This document shows positions 34,701 through 48,353 of a stretch of 64,000 nt of DNA, piece after piece. Numbering within the stretch: position 1 is the stretch's first letter; each line of letters begins with the position of its first letter. The translations under genes and the position numbers were made by a program. Under the pieces are notes generated by a model. That model was not told the origin of the DNA. It searched no databases and saw only the letters and a program-made list of their open reading frames with translations. This DNA comes from Takakia lepidozioides. Taxonomy: Eukaryota; Plantae; Bryophyta. Where the stretch lies: positions 31,496,001 through 31,560,000 of the forward strand of contig CM060732.1 of assembly GCA_030704615.1 (NCBI GenBank), given 5' to 3'.

Positions 34701-37700
34701 CGCCTTTTCCGCCCGCCCTGGTCATATATGCTTGGCCTAGCGACAAGTGCTCCATACTCCGTTGGTAACACTAGTGCAGCCCGTGACTGCTCTTGCGTTT
34801 CAACATGCAAATCATGCTGCAATGGTTTGTCATGGATACCACTGTATCCCTTTAACTTATTGGCATTGACTCTTCCCAGCATTTCTTTGTTAATGGTTTG
34901 TAACATGGCGGTGTTGTTATCATACATCTTTTGTATGACATAAGGTCCTTTCCATGGTGATTTAAGCTTAGAAGCTTTAATCTTTCCTTTCTTCTGCAAC
35001 CATAGAACCAAATCCCCCGTCTTAAAAGTCTTTAACTTGCCTTCATCAAACCGTTCCTTTCTCTTCATCTGAATTCTGGTCATATTATCAGCTGCATCAG
35101 CACGTACTTCTTCCACATGGTATAATTCATGTTTCCTGACCTTAATGGAATCTTGCAATTCCATTCTCTTTCCCCACTCCGTTCTCATGGTAGGTAACAG
35201 GAATTCCACTGGAAGTAAGGCTTCCATACCATAAACTAATTGGAATGGTGTATACTTAGTGGTGACTTTATATGAAGTCCTGTATGACCACAAAGCTGTC
35301 AACAGCTTTGTATCCCAATCCGTTTTGTTTGCATTGACTATCTTAGCCAAGAAAGTACATAGTATTTTGTTGTGGGTAATATGTTGTACTCTTTCTATGC
35401 ACAATCATGAACTCTTTAGTCAACATCTCAATGGTCTCATTAATGAAGTGACTTCCCTGATCACTGATAAATTCTAATGGACAGCCAAATCGTGTAAGTA
35501 TGTTCTCATACAGGAACCTTGTTGTGGACTTGGCTGAGTTGTCCCTCAAAGCTTTAGCTTCCACCCACTTCGTAGTATAATTAGTGGCTGTAATTATGTA
35601 CCTGTTCCGTGTATTCTTGGCTGGTGGGTTAATCGGTCCAACAAAGTCTAGTCCCCATTTCTGAAATGGTTCCATAGGCATTGTAGGATGCAAGGCCATT
35701 GTTAGAGGACTGTAGGGGACTTAGACACTTATACGGGATCTGTAGGGTACCCTTAATTTTTGCACAGACTGAGACCAACAGGAGCCTTAGGGGTGACAGC
35801 AGCGCACTGTAGAAGGGGGTTACACAGCCAACACAGCCCGTTACAGTCGACACAGCCGACACAGCCGACACAGCCACACAGCCGACACAGCCCGTCACAG
35901 CCCGTCACAGCAGACACAGCCGACACAGCCGACACAGCCCGGCACAGCCCGTCACAGTTTCACACAGCCTGTCACAGCTTGACACAGCTGTCACGATCAT
36001 AGGGAACGAAGAGTAGGACAGGGAACGACTGTGGGGAAACAACACCTGCGAAGGGAACATGTTAGCTCACAGACGACGGTTAGTGAGGGAAACGGTTAGA
36101 ATTGCGGATAGGAAGATAAAGGGAAAAACGGGGAATTGAGGGGGATCATTATTCGAGGAGGACTTCTTAGTCAGGCTGGAGCGGAGATCGGAAGCAAAAG
36201 ATGGAGAGCACGGTGAAGGAGGAAAGAGGATTAGTAGATGCTTGTTATATGCAAAGCTGTAGTGATATTGTAGAGCAGATTAGAGACACAATGGCTTCGG
36301 CCTGATACCTGATAAATCATAATCTGATACTTATGCGATACAATCACACTGTGTAGAGAGATCTGAGTGAAGCTGTGGATTGAATGAAAGAGTGAAGGAA
36401 ACCGATAGATTGATGAAGCAAACTGATACTTAATTATCAATGGTAAGGTAGCTAAGATGAATGCGGAAAGGGAAACAAATAGGAAACACCCCCATGATAC
36501 ACTAGCTGTAGGTCATGACTGATTGTTCTGCGCGGGCTAAGTACTTAGAGATTTCCAACTCTTCTATCTTGGAGTTTCCGCCTCGGATAGCGAAGGGATG
36601 GGTGAGTAAAAGCCGCGCGACAGCCATCCTTCCAGATCTCTGCAAAGGTCCTAGCCTCTGACATTCATCACAACTCTGACAATACTCGTGTACATCTTTG
36701 AACAAAGTAGGCCACCAGTAACCTGCGAGTAGTATCTTCCTACTGGTAGTCTCTTCTCCAAAATGACCTCCAGCCACTCCTTTATGAACTTCCTCCAAAA
36801 CTTTATTTACTTCATGGTGGTACAAGCATCGTTTTAGTACTCCATTAGGTCCTAGCTTATACATTCTGCTTCCTAGCATAGTATAAGGTAAAGCTTTGAT
36901 AGCGATTCTTTTCCTCTGCTCCTTACCATAACTAGGTGGGCACTGACCATGAGCAAGGTAGTATCTGATTGGCCACTGCCAATCTAACCAGTCATCTGCA
37001 CTTCCCTGCACCTCCACTGCAAATAGACTCGCATCTGGTAATTGATCATCTATTCCTGTGGCTGGTTCTCATGTTGATAACCGTGACAAGTGATCCGCCA
37101 CAAGATGCAGTCTCCCAGGCTTGTAAACAACCTCGAACTCAAACTCGTGCAAGATTATCAACCATCTTGCTATTCTTCCGCTTATCAGAGGTTTGTTTAC
37201 CAAGTATATCAGAGCCTGGTGATCCACATAGAACATAAACTTCTTGCCCAACAGGTAATGCCTGAATTTCTTCACTGCATAGATCATTGCCAATGCTTCT
37301 CTTTCCGTTGTGCTATAGTTCCTTTCAGCACTGTTCATCAACCTGCTAGCATAGTACACAGGTGAATCTATATTTCCTGTAACATTCTGGGCTAACACCG
37401 CTCCCAACGCTTCTCCTGATGCTTCGCAGTGAACATGAAATACTACATGCCAGTGAGGGTTAATCAGCACAGGTGTAGTTGTTACTGACAGTGTAAGTTC
37501 CTCAAACGTTTGTTGACATTCAGCTGTCCAGGCAAACACTGCATCTTTCTTCAGAAGCTTGCTCAATGGTGCTGCTATTTGTGCATACATTTTGACAAAT
37601 CTTCTGTAATAACTGGTTTGCCCAAGGAATCTCCTTAGATTCTTAACATTCACTGGTGGTGGAGAGGCTTTAATGGCCTCTGTCTTCCTGGGATCCACAA

Positions 37701-40700
37701 GAAGTCCCTTCTTACACACAATGTGTCCCAGAAGCACCCCTGAGTTCACACAAAAAGTACACTTCTCTGGATTCAAGCCCAGACCTCTCATCCTGCATCT
37801 GGCCAGACATAACTCCAATTTATGCAAGTGCTCATTCTTAGAGCTGTACACACTGAAATCATCCAAGAACACCTGCATGAAATCATCCAGATACTCATGA
37901 AAAGATTCACTTATTACTCTCTGAAAGGTTGCTGGTGCATTACAAAGTCCAAAGGGCATGACTTTGTATGCATAAGCACCCCAGTCTGTGATGAAAGCTG
38001 TCTTTCCTTGATCTTCTTCTGCCACTTGCACTTGATTATAACCACTGAAACCATCCATGAATGAGTACATCTCATGGCCTGCCACAGTGTCCAATACTAC
38101 TTCTGTGAATGACAAAGGGAAAGGATCTTTCTTCGTATAAGCATTCAGCTTCTTGTAGTTCACACATACTCTTAGTTTACCATTCTTCTTGGGAACTATA
38201 ACAATGGGTGACAACCAAGTTGTATACTCTATTGGGTATATAAACTTAGCCTCAGCCAACTTCTTAATCTCTTCTCCAACCTTCTGTGCGTAGTTCGGAT
38301 TCATTCTGTACCTCGCCTGCTTGATTGGTACTGACCCTGGTTCCAGTTCAATCTTATGCTGACAGACTTCAAGTGGTATCCCTTTTAGATCCTCATAGCT
38401 CCAAGCAAATACATCTCTGTATTTGATGAACAAGCTTTTAGCTTCTTCAAAGAATTCCGGCTCCAAATCAGCTCCTACTTTCACCATCCTCAGTTCCTCT
38501 TTAGTTCCCACATTCACTTCCATCACCTGCTCATCAGCTGTGATTGTCCAACCAGTCACCACTTCATCCTGTAAGCTCACAGTGGCTGGTTCCTCTAGGA
38601 TTTCCATTTCTCCTTCTCTTTCTTCATAGAAATGTAATGGGTAACTGCTGGTTTCCTCTTCAGTTGGTGTTGCTGTCACTACACCACAGCAGATACCTCT
38701 TAAATAACTTAGGCTTTCCAGCCCAATCTCTGCAACCTGCTCCCACTCTGGGTGTGCAGCAAATAGGGTAGCTTCTTGTTCCTCATCCAGTCCTCCTTTC
38801 CAGTCATACTCTCTGACTCCTCGAGGTCTTCTCGTAGCAGGTAATCTACTAGATTTCTTTGTGGTAATTTGTATCTCGTGTATCCCATTATGCACGGTTA
38901 GTAACTGAGAATTCCAGTCATGGAATACCCTGGCCTGTTTCAGCCACGGACGTCCCAATAATAAGGAGTAAGCCTCCATGACTTCATCCATCTTCAACAT
39001 AGTTACTGTGATCATAAAGATCATCTTCTGTATCTGTATCTTAACTCCTCTTATCAATCCCAATGGCTATACACTTCTTTGATCTGCCATTGTTACTGTA
39101 AATGGGGCTGGTTTCATGTTACTTAGACCAAGCTTCTTCCTTAATTGGTCTGTCATGATATTTACTCCAGAGCCTCCATCTATCAGTACATCAGTTAGTT
39201 CTGTGCTTCCAATTCTCAATTGGATTACTGGCATAGAATCATCAAAGTCCATGACTGTTTCTCGCCCTTCCGGCTTCACATTATAACTGGTCACCTTGCT
39301 GTTCAGGTCTGTGTTTCCTGTCACCTGGGCAATTCGATTGATGCTTGATACAGCCTGTGCCTACAATAAGGTGCCACAGCTAATAGCTGTCCAATGGTAA
39401 TCTCTGCTTTGGTCTGGCATATTACTTCAGCCAAAGTCTCTTCATTACTTTGCATGCCTGCATCTTCTTTCTTCCTTTTATCCTCACTCACTTCTTCTTC
39501 TCCATCAGAATCAGAGGAATCTGCCACAGGAATATCAGTACTCTTCTGCATTTCCCTTATGGTATCTGCCACTTCCTTGTGCAGTTCCTTCTCATCTCTC
39601 CAAGTCTCTTCATCTTCAGGCATATCATTGCCACCTTCATTATCATCTTCTTCCTCTACTACTGGAGGTATTAGTTTGGCTTTACTTCTTGTTACTATCA
39701 TTGTACTTACTTCTGGTACAACACATGGCCTAACCATGTGAGCTGCCACCACTGGGCCCTCATTCACAGGAGCTCTCATCTCATTCTGGTGTCTTATCCA
39801 AAATGAACAGGCTGCCCTGCGATGTCCTGGCTGATTACAATAGTAACACTGTTCTTCACCATTGGGTCCTCGCCCTTGGTCTGTTCTTGGATTATTTCTA
39901 TAATCCTGATTCCCGGACTGGTAATTCCCCCTTGGATTACCCTGATAGTTGCCTCTGGAATTTCCTTGGTAATTCCCTCTTGAATTACCTCTCCCTTCCA
40001 TGCCATTGTTATAACCACCAGACCTACCATAGTGGTCCTGATCATTGTTTCTTCTTGGCTGGGGCTGCACCTGATGCACCCTTACTTGCATAGGTTCTCT
40101 TGCAGCTGTCCTTCTGTTGTAGTAACAATTCTCAGTAGAATGGTTATCCATTTTACAAATAGTACAGTGTTTCTCTTTCATGTGGCATTCAGTAGTGGTG
40201 TGGCCTTCATTTGCACACTAAACACTCTTCCTCCAATGTGTTGCAGCCTCTGTGGCATACTTCTTCAAGATGTCTTCCAATCTTTTTTCATAGTTATCCC
40301 TCTTCAACTTCTCCTTTCTCTTACTCCTCCTTTTTAGTTCTTGCTCTTCTTCTTCATCTGACTCATCCTCAGAGTCCTCATCATCCCTTTTCTCTCTCCT
40401 GAGCATTCCCAATTGCTCAATTCTGTTTGCAGTTTCAAATGCCTCCTCCACTGTATTATGGGGTAATATATCCACTTTCTTTTGCAACTCTAGTCTTAGT
40501 CCACTCACAAACCAAGTCTTCTGTAAACCTGGTGCTGGTACTGCAGCCAGCTTTTTCATCATCAATTCCATCTTTTCCATATACTCCTCAACAGTTTCAT
40601 GCTTCTTTTGCTTTAACTGTTGTAAACTTCCATACACTTCATCCTCAGTTTTACTTGTCCTGAACCTATTTTGGAATGTTGTATTCAAGCCATTCCAGGT

Positions 40701-41078
40701 TAGGAAATGATTATCAGGGAAACTTGCATACCATTCACTTGCTTTCTTGATAAGTGAACAAGGAAACAATCTCATCTTGGCATCATCGCCATTCTCATTG
40801 TTCACTATACACATGTGCTCAAATTGGCTAATGTGTACATCGGGATCCCCTTTTCCTGAATATATTGGAAATGGTGGTTTTGCCCGTGTTGGTTGTAACG
40901 CCATCTGTGGCCCTACCTTCTGCCCACTGACAGGTGCTGGCACCCTTGCTGGTGCTGGTCCTTCTGGACCTGTTGTTTTTGTGGTGGATCTTCCACCAAG
41001 TGGTGGCCCTTGAGCACTCCCTGCTTCTGGCCCCACGATATTCACAGTATTCCCAGCTTCAGTTGCACTACTTCCCAC
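34673..41078 (-). pseudogene. gag-pol of the 29349-43311 element (stops; integrase interrupted by a solo LTR)
   Basis: YSGKGDPDVHISQF gag; CTICKMDNHSTENC and CYYCNQPGHRRAAC knuckles; LIDGGSGVN protease; FLDDFSV RT; RNase H; HKGVAGGH...CDECQ; WGLDFVGP; WKGPY. Confidence 0.95.
35700..36622 (+). mobile_element. Solo LTR of the same family, inserted in opposite orientation in the integrase
   Basis: TGTTAGAGGAC...GCCGCGCGACA, reverse-complement match to the flanking LTRs. TSD GCCAT (35695-35699 and 36623-36627). Confidence 0.95.
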
Positions 41079-41316
41079 ACTCCCTGTCCCCCAGAGCCAG
41101 ATCCAGGCCGCCCGCCTGATCCCCCTAAGCCGACACCTTCGTTGGCCTGTGATCCAAGTGCTCCACTTGATCCAGGTCCAACGGGTTGGGATGTCCTGGT
41201 TGTAGTCTCAACCTCAGCTGTTGGGTCTACTTCTTAATATTCTTCCTCTTCCAATTTCTTCTCTCTGTTTTCATCCTCCAAGTTCTGTCCTTGGGTTTCT
41301 TCTTCACTCATGTAAC

Positions 41317-42342
41317 TCAACTGCAATGGTGTTGGAGAGTCTGAACTCTCCGTTGGCTCTGCCACATCCTCTCCTCCTTCTTCACCTTCGCTTCAGAAAC
41401 CGGAGTTCCTGCTTTTGGTGTTCCATGCCAACTCTTATCAAAGATTTTTGTCAAATCTTTTATCCAGGGATGTACCTCAGATCTTTCACCTCGTGATTGA
41501 TCTTCTTCTCGTACCAATTCCCTTAATCTTTCTTGCAAAGAAACAGAAGGAGTGGCATCCAACTCTAGTTCTTCCGGTATGGGTGATGTACTCTTTGATC
41601 TTAATGGTGTGAGAGGTCCAGATGATTCCCCTATGTCTATTCCTCTCTCCCAAAGATATGGATAATTAGCTTTCAGATAGCTTTCTCTTTTTGATGAATA
41701 TCTCTGTCGTCTAGCTTCTCTTTCATCACTCATGTCCCATGTCTTTCATTTCTTTTAATGTGGCAATAACCAAAACTCTCTTATGTAATATCTCTTGTAT
41801 ATGCTTGGGTTTCTTTCAAGCTTCAATGCACCCTTGGCTATACTTGAAGTCTCCGTTACCATATAACCATATGGCAAACAAGTCTGGAAAGCTGTTCTTG
41901 GTGTGAGTTTGATCCACAAAATATCCTTTGGAATCCAATTCTTTACCAGTACAAGCTCTTCATGCATATGAGTATAAACATTCACCTTTCTTTCTTCCCA
42001 GCCTTCAAACTCTACTCGCTTAATGGATAGCAATGCTATCACATAAACCAACGTTGGTAACCAACGTGCTCTTCCTCTACAGGCTACCTGATAAATCTTT
42101 ATCACTCCTTTCTCCAGACCCCATTCCGGATCAGCATCATGCACTCGCTTAAGAATATTTTCCTTACAACCGTCTGGCAATTCCAAGAACCTTTGAAAGA
42201 ATTGTTTGGACAATCTTTCTTCCTTCGTTCCACAGGGAATTTGATTCACTTCAAATTCTTTAATGGTCCAACCACCATGATCCCACCAGATGCCTGTCAC
42301 ATCTGATTGTTCATGACTCAGTTCCCCAGTATGGTCGCCATA
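41317..42342 (-). pseudogene. Leader ORF(s) upstream of gag, unknown function
   Basis: ORFs 41755-42450 and 41317-41733 lie between the PBS region and gag, on the same strand. Confidence 0.45.
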
Positions 42343-43311
42343 TGTCGCGCGGCTTTTACTCACCCATCCCTTCGCTATCCGAGGCGGAAACTCCAAGATA
42401 GAAGAGTTGGAAATCTCTAAGTACTCAGCCCGCTCAGAACAATCAGTCATGACCTACAGCTAGTGTCTCATGGGGGTGTTTCCTATTTGTTTTCCTTTCC
42501 GCATTCATGTTAACTACCTGGTTATTGATAATTAAGTATCAGTTTGCTTCATCAATCTATCGGATTCTATCAACTCATCCATTCATTCCACAACTTCACT
42601 CAGATCTCTCTACACCGTGTGATTGTATCGTATAAGTATCAGATTATGATTTATCAGGTATCAGGCCGAAGCCATCGTGTCTCTAATCTGCTCTACAATA
42701 TCACTACAGCTTTGCATATAACAAGCATCTACTAATCATCTCTCCTCCTTCACCGTGCTCTCCATGCTTGCTTCCGTTCCTGCTCTCCGCCCGATCCCCT
42801 CTCATGCATGACCATGAAGTGCTTCCCAGAATCTCCCTTCTCTCGCCTTGCTTCTCCCTTTATCTTCCTACCCGTGGCTCTAACCGTTTCCCTCACTAAC
42901 CGTCGTCCGTGAACTAACATGTTCCATTTGCAGGTGTTGTTCCCCACCGTCGTTCCCTGTCCTACTCTCCGTTCCCTATGGTCGTGACAGCTGTGTCAAG
43001 CTGTGACTGGCTGTGTGAAACTGTGACGGGCTGTGACTGGCTGTGCGACTGTGTTTGGCTGTGTCGGGCTGTGACGGGCTGTGTTGGCTGTGATGGCTGT
43101 GTCGGGCTATGATGAGCTGTGCTGACTGTGTCTGGCTGTGTCGGCTGTGACGACTGTGACGGGCTGTGTTGGACTGTGATGGACTGTGTAACCCCCCTCT
43201 ATAGTGCGCTGCTGTCACCCCTAAGGCTCCTGTTGGTCTCAGTCTGTGCAAAAATTAAGGGTACCCTACAGATCTTGTATAAGTGTCTAAGTCCCAGACA
43301 GTCCTCTAACA
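42343..43311 (-). repeat. 5' LTR
   Basis: Adjacent to the PBS; matches 29349-30320. Confidence 0.95.
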
Positions 43312-46300
43312 GAAGTAGGGTCTGTTAGCTCATTAAATGAGTGGTTAAATCCGCTCCAAATATTACTAGGAAGGTGTTTTGTAGATGACAGCACTTGTTG
43401 ATACCATACTCTCGACTCCGGGCCTCTTCACATTGCCAAAGAGCATCGTCACGCCTCGAAACCGGAGCAGGTGGGCAGCCGCTCTGTCAGGCTCCATGAT
43501 GCTAAGGAATTCCTTGCCTGGTATGAGGGGGAGAATCAGGATTAATAGACTAAGTCCCTAAGAAGGACTTACAGCAACGTACTGTCACTACTCACAGACT
43601 TGTAAAAACTCTGTTTGAGAGACTTAATGACCCTTTCCACCATACCGTTACACTGAGGCCAGTAGGGGGTGCTATGCTCCCTCTTTATACCGTATTCGCG
43701 GCATGCATCTTCAAACTCACCTCCCCACTCCGTTCCATTGTCAGTGAGCAACGTATGTGGGCAGCTATACCTGTCAATCACTTCTTCCACTAGAAAGCGG
43801 GCAGTAAGTGCTGTTGTATGATTTGCCACTGGTGCAGCCTCTATCCATTTTGAGAAGTGATCTATTGCCACTAGAAAGTATTGGTTTCCCCTGCTGGTTA
43901 TAGGTAATGGTCCTGCCGTGTCAATTGCAACTCTGAAAAACAGATCCACTACTGGAATACTGTGCAGTTTTGAGCTACCTGAGCGCAACAACCCGTTCTG
44001 TTTAGCCATCTGACATTCGCCACAGCCTTTGAGTACTTACCTGATGAGTTTTGTTCTATCATGCCAGAAATACCGTCGGCATATCTCCTCTTGTGTTCTT
44101 CGGACTCCAAAATGGCCCGTGGCCTTATGCACTTCAGTGATTATTGCCTCTCTGTCCGTTCTTGGTGGAACCACCCTTCCCTCAAAGTAGACCTCACCCT
44201 TGAGATAGGAGTACTGCCTTGCCCGCCTGTTGGCTCTTTTGCTCTCCTCCTTTGTCAGATAGTCATTGATTTCTCCAAAACATAAGAGATGCATAACTTC
44301 CACATCATCAAGTACATCAGGTTGCCTTTCCTCCTTAACAGCCACTGTATGATTGTCAGAGCTGATGAGAGACCTTTTCCCCCATCTTTCAGCTTTGCGC
44401 AATAGTGACATCTGAGTGGCCTTGGTGGGTGTGCTCCATGGCACCCAGTCCCCTTCATCATCCCTGTTATAAGAAGAAGTGTCTTGTTCGGAACAATGTG
44501 GCCCATCACTGTCTGAAGAATAAAATGTCTTGGTGGAACACTCACCCCCCATGTTCTCTTCAACTGGCCCTTCTGACGAGGAAGTCACCCGAGTTTTTCT
44601 TGTTGTTTCTGTGCTTGTAGATTGTTGAAGGAATGGTGTTTCTTGCAAGCTTCCCTCTTCATCGTTTGATCATTCCTTCACAATTTTGCCGGCTGGCTGT
44701 ACCTTGCTTGGCTCCTGATCACGAGCATGAGATCCTCGGGTAATCACATGGATGGTGGGACAAAAGGCCATCAGATCTTCCTCTTCTTTGTTGTTGATTG
44801 CAGGATCCTCCCTTTTTCCTGCACCCATATCTTTCCAAATACCCTCCCTGACCAGATTGACAGGACTTGATTGATCAATTCCCTTTCCTTGTTTATTGGC
44901 AGCCAAAGTCTGTGCAGCAAAAGTCACCTTTTTTTCCTCCCCATTTGGCATTGTACCTGGTTTCAGTCCTCCTTTCAATACACCATGAGCCTTGGTCAAC
45001 CTTCCACATGTGGAAGAGCTATCTATTCTAGGAACGAACTCAAATGAAAAGTCACCAAGCAAATCTATTCCTATGTGGTGCTCTGAGTAGAGCCACCAAT
45101 ATGGGTCCAGATCTGTTTCTAAAGAAAAATGACTTCCCAACAGTGTTTTTTTGAAATGCCAAAGACCCCACACACATGCATAGTACTCTTCTCTTTTGCA
45201 GATCATTTCCCCTCTTTCACTGCTATACCCCACTTGCCTATGAGCCTCTTCTCTCAACTCTTCTTACCCTCCTTAAATTGAAATAGATAAGCCTTGATGG
45301 CACCCCTATCCCACTCTAGTTTAAGAAGATAGGCTCCATCCCTCTTCCTTCCTTCCCTTTTCAGTTTGTATAAAGAAGTAGAGTATACCTCGATTTCCTC
45401 GGTTTCCTCTGCTGGTCCCACTGGATACCTGCTTAGCGCATCTACATTAGCATGCCTAGCACCTGCCCTATGAACAATTTTAAACTCAAAATCTTGTAAC
45501 ATCATGATCCATCTACCCCTGCGTCCATATGCGTCACTTACCGTTGCCAACCACTCCAGTGGTTTGTGATCAGTCCTGATTACAAAAGGGGTTCCATACA
45601 GGTACTGCCGAAAGTGTAATACTCCCCACACCAGGGCATAGCATTCACCTTCCATAGGGTGATATTTGCGCTGAGCATCAGATAGTACCTTACTGGCGTA
45701 TGCAATGACCCTCTCCTTTTTATACTCCTTTTGTGACAAGACTGCCCCTACTCCTTTGATGGACCAGTCAACATCCAAGACGAACGGTCTTGAGAAATCT
45801 GGTCTTGCCAGGATAGGAGCAGTTACCAACTTCACCTGTAAGGCAGAAAAGACGTTTTGTGCCTCTGCACTCCAGATAAACTTCACATCCTTCTTGGTTA
45901 GAGTGAACAAGGGTACTGCCACTCCAGCATATCCTTTGACATAGGGCCTATAGTACCCTGTCATGCCTAAGTAGCTTTTGAGAGCAGTGTGGTTTTTAGG
46001 CAAGGGAAACCTTTCAATAGCAGCTATCTTATCTGGATCAGGCCACGTTCCCTCTTCAGAAACCACATGCCCAAGGAATACCAACTGTAAGTTGGCAAAG
46101 TAACACTTGTCCGGATTGAGCCTAAGATTGGCCTTTCTAACCTTTCTCAGTACTCTCTTTATATGTCCCACATGATCTCCCCAGTCCTTGCTATGGATAT
46201 TGACGTCATCTACAAAAACTTTAGCGCAATCTTTGATTTCTTCTTTGAGTACCCTATTCATTGTTCTCTGAAAGGTAGCAGTGGCATTTTTTAGCCCGAA

Positions 46301-46524
46301 TGGCATGACTAGCCATTCATACAATCCCTTCTTTGTGATCGGGGGCTGCTATTTCATGAGCGGCATGAGCATGAGCGGCATGAGCATGAGCAGAAAAAAA
46401 AAAAACATGAGCAGACCATTGTAAGTCCACGGAAATAGGGTTAGGAGGCACGGAAATAGGGTCATGTGAAGTTGGAATGTGGCACCAGTGGACTTGAAAT
46501 GCAACATTTTATTGCATTTACTTG

Positions 46525-47448
46525 CCAAAAATGGCTAAGTCCCAGATCTGACTAGGCCCGGAACTGGAAAAATGGCGCCGAATTTCCGATTTTGGTGCCA
46601 GTCAGATCTGGGACTTAGCCATTTTAGGCCCCGAACTAGAACAATGGCATTTTTTTTTTTTTTTTTTTTTTTTTCGGTGCCATTTTACCAGTTCGGGGCC
46701 TAAAATGGCTAAGTCCCAGATCTGACTGGGCCCGGAACTGGCAAAATGGCGCCGAATTTCCGATTTTGGTGCCAGCCCACTCTAGGGACTTAGCCATTTT
46801 CGGCCCTGAAAGTACCCACTGGCTATGCCTCTGCTTTCAAAAAACATGTGGTCAAACAAAAGTTGAGCCAATTGAACTCGCTCTAGTACTTGAGATGGAG
46901 AGTGGGTGAGGTCTGTATGGTGGAGTCTTTTAGCAAAGGTGCCATTGGCTTGACTTATATAACGTGATAGAATGGTTTCTCCTCTTTTCACCATTTCCGT
47001 ATCACTAGAAGAAGACCTGCTTACATCTATAAGTGCAAGGTGTTAGCATAGTTAACACTTGTGTTGGAAAAGAGCTTGATAGATAGCTCTTAAGTTACAA
47101 GCTGTTGCAGGGTTTGCAAGAAAAAAGTCTTGTGGTGTTTATGTACAAGAGGAGGTCTTCAAGAAGAGCATCATTGAAAGTTTGAGAGCTTGTGAAGAAG
47201 CTCTTGTTCTGCAAGTGTTGCAGGGTTTGAGGAGTTCAAGAAGAGCTCGGGTGTTAAGGAAGCAAGTGGTGCATGTGTGGAGTATGGTTTCAGCTTGTGG
47301 GAGTCTTCAACTTCCATTTTTCCTGTTCGGGGCCGAAAATGGCTAAGTCCCAGATCTGACTGGGCCCAGAACTGGAAAAATGGCGCCGAATTTCCGATTT
47401 TGGGTGCCAGTCAGATCTGGGACTTAGCCGTTTTCGGCCCGGAACTAG

Positions 47449-47487
<39 letters not shown>

Positions 47488-47933
47488 TTCGGCGCGATTT
47501 ATCCAGTTCGGGGCCGAAAATGGCTAAGTCCCAGATCTGACTGGGCCCAGAAATGGAAAAATGGTGCCGAATTTCCGATTTTGGGTGCCAGTCAGATCTG
47601 GGACTTAGCCGTTTTCGGCCCCGAACTGGAAAAATGGCGTTCATTTAATTATTTTTATTTTCTTTTTATTTTATTTTCGGCGCATTTTTCCATTTCGGGG
47701 CCGAAAATGGCTAAGTCCCAGATCTGACTGGCACCAAAATCGGAAATTCGGCGCCATTTTTCCAGTCATGCAGGTAATTCGAAGAGCGGATGGATGGAAA
47801 TCCGGCGCCGGATTTCCATCCATCCGCTCTTGGAATTACCTGCATGACTGGAAAAATGGCGCCGAATTTCCGATTTTGGGTGCCAGTCAGATCTGGGACT
47901 TAGCCGTTTTCGGACCCTAACAAGAAAAATGGC

Positions 47934-47971
<38 letters not shown>

Positions 47972-48313
47972 CGGCGACATTTTTCCATTTCGTTGCCGAA
48001 AATGTCTAAGTCCCAGATCTGACTGGCACCAAAATCGGAAATTCGGCGCCATTTTTCCAGTCATGCAGGTAATTCCAAGAGCGGATGGATGGAAATCCGG
48101 AGCCGGATTTCCATCCACCAGGTAAGTCGGCACGCAAAATTTCCGTCATGCAGGTAATTCGAAGAGCGGATGGATGAAAATCCGGCGCCGGATTTCCATC
48201 CATCCGCTCTTGGAATTACCTGCATGACTGGAAAAATGGCGCCGAATTTCCGATTTTGGGTGCCAGTCAGATCTGGCACTTAGCTGTTTTCGGCCCCGAC
48301 ATGGAAAAATGGC

Positions 48314-48353
<40 letters not shown>

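Larger units (their letters stand above)
29349..43311 (-). mobile_element. Full-length non-chromovirus Ty3/gypsy LTR retrotransposon with extra ORFs
   Basis: LTRs 29349-30320 and 42343-43311 (TG...CA). TSD GAAGT (29344-29348 and 43312-43316). PBS TGGCGACCATACTGGGG (minus, 42324-42340). PPT GAGAGGGGAAGGGG (minus, about 30324-30337). Confidence 0.97.

Noticed and set aside
40182-40220. Programmed stop readthrough in gag
   Set aside because: The TAG sits where a Trp (TGG) precedes a damaged zinc knuckle, and the element has several other stops, so decay is the simpler explanation.
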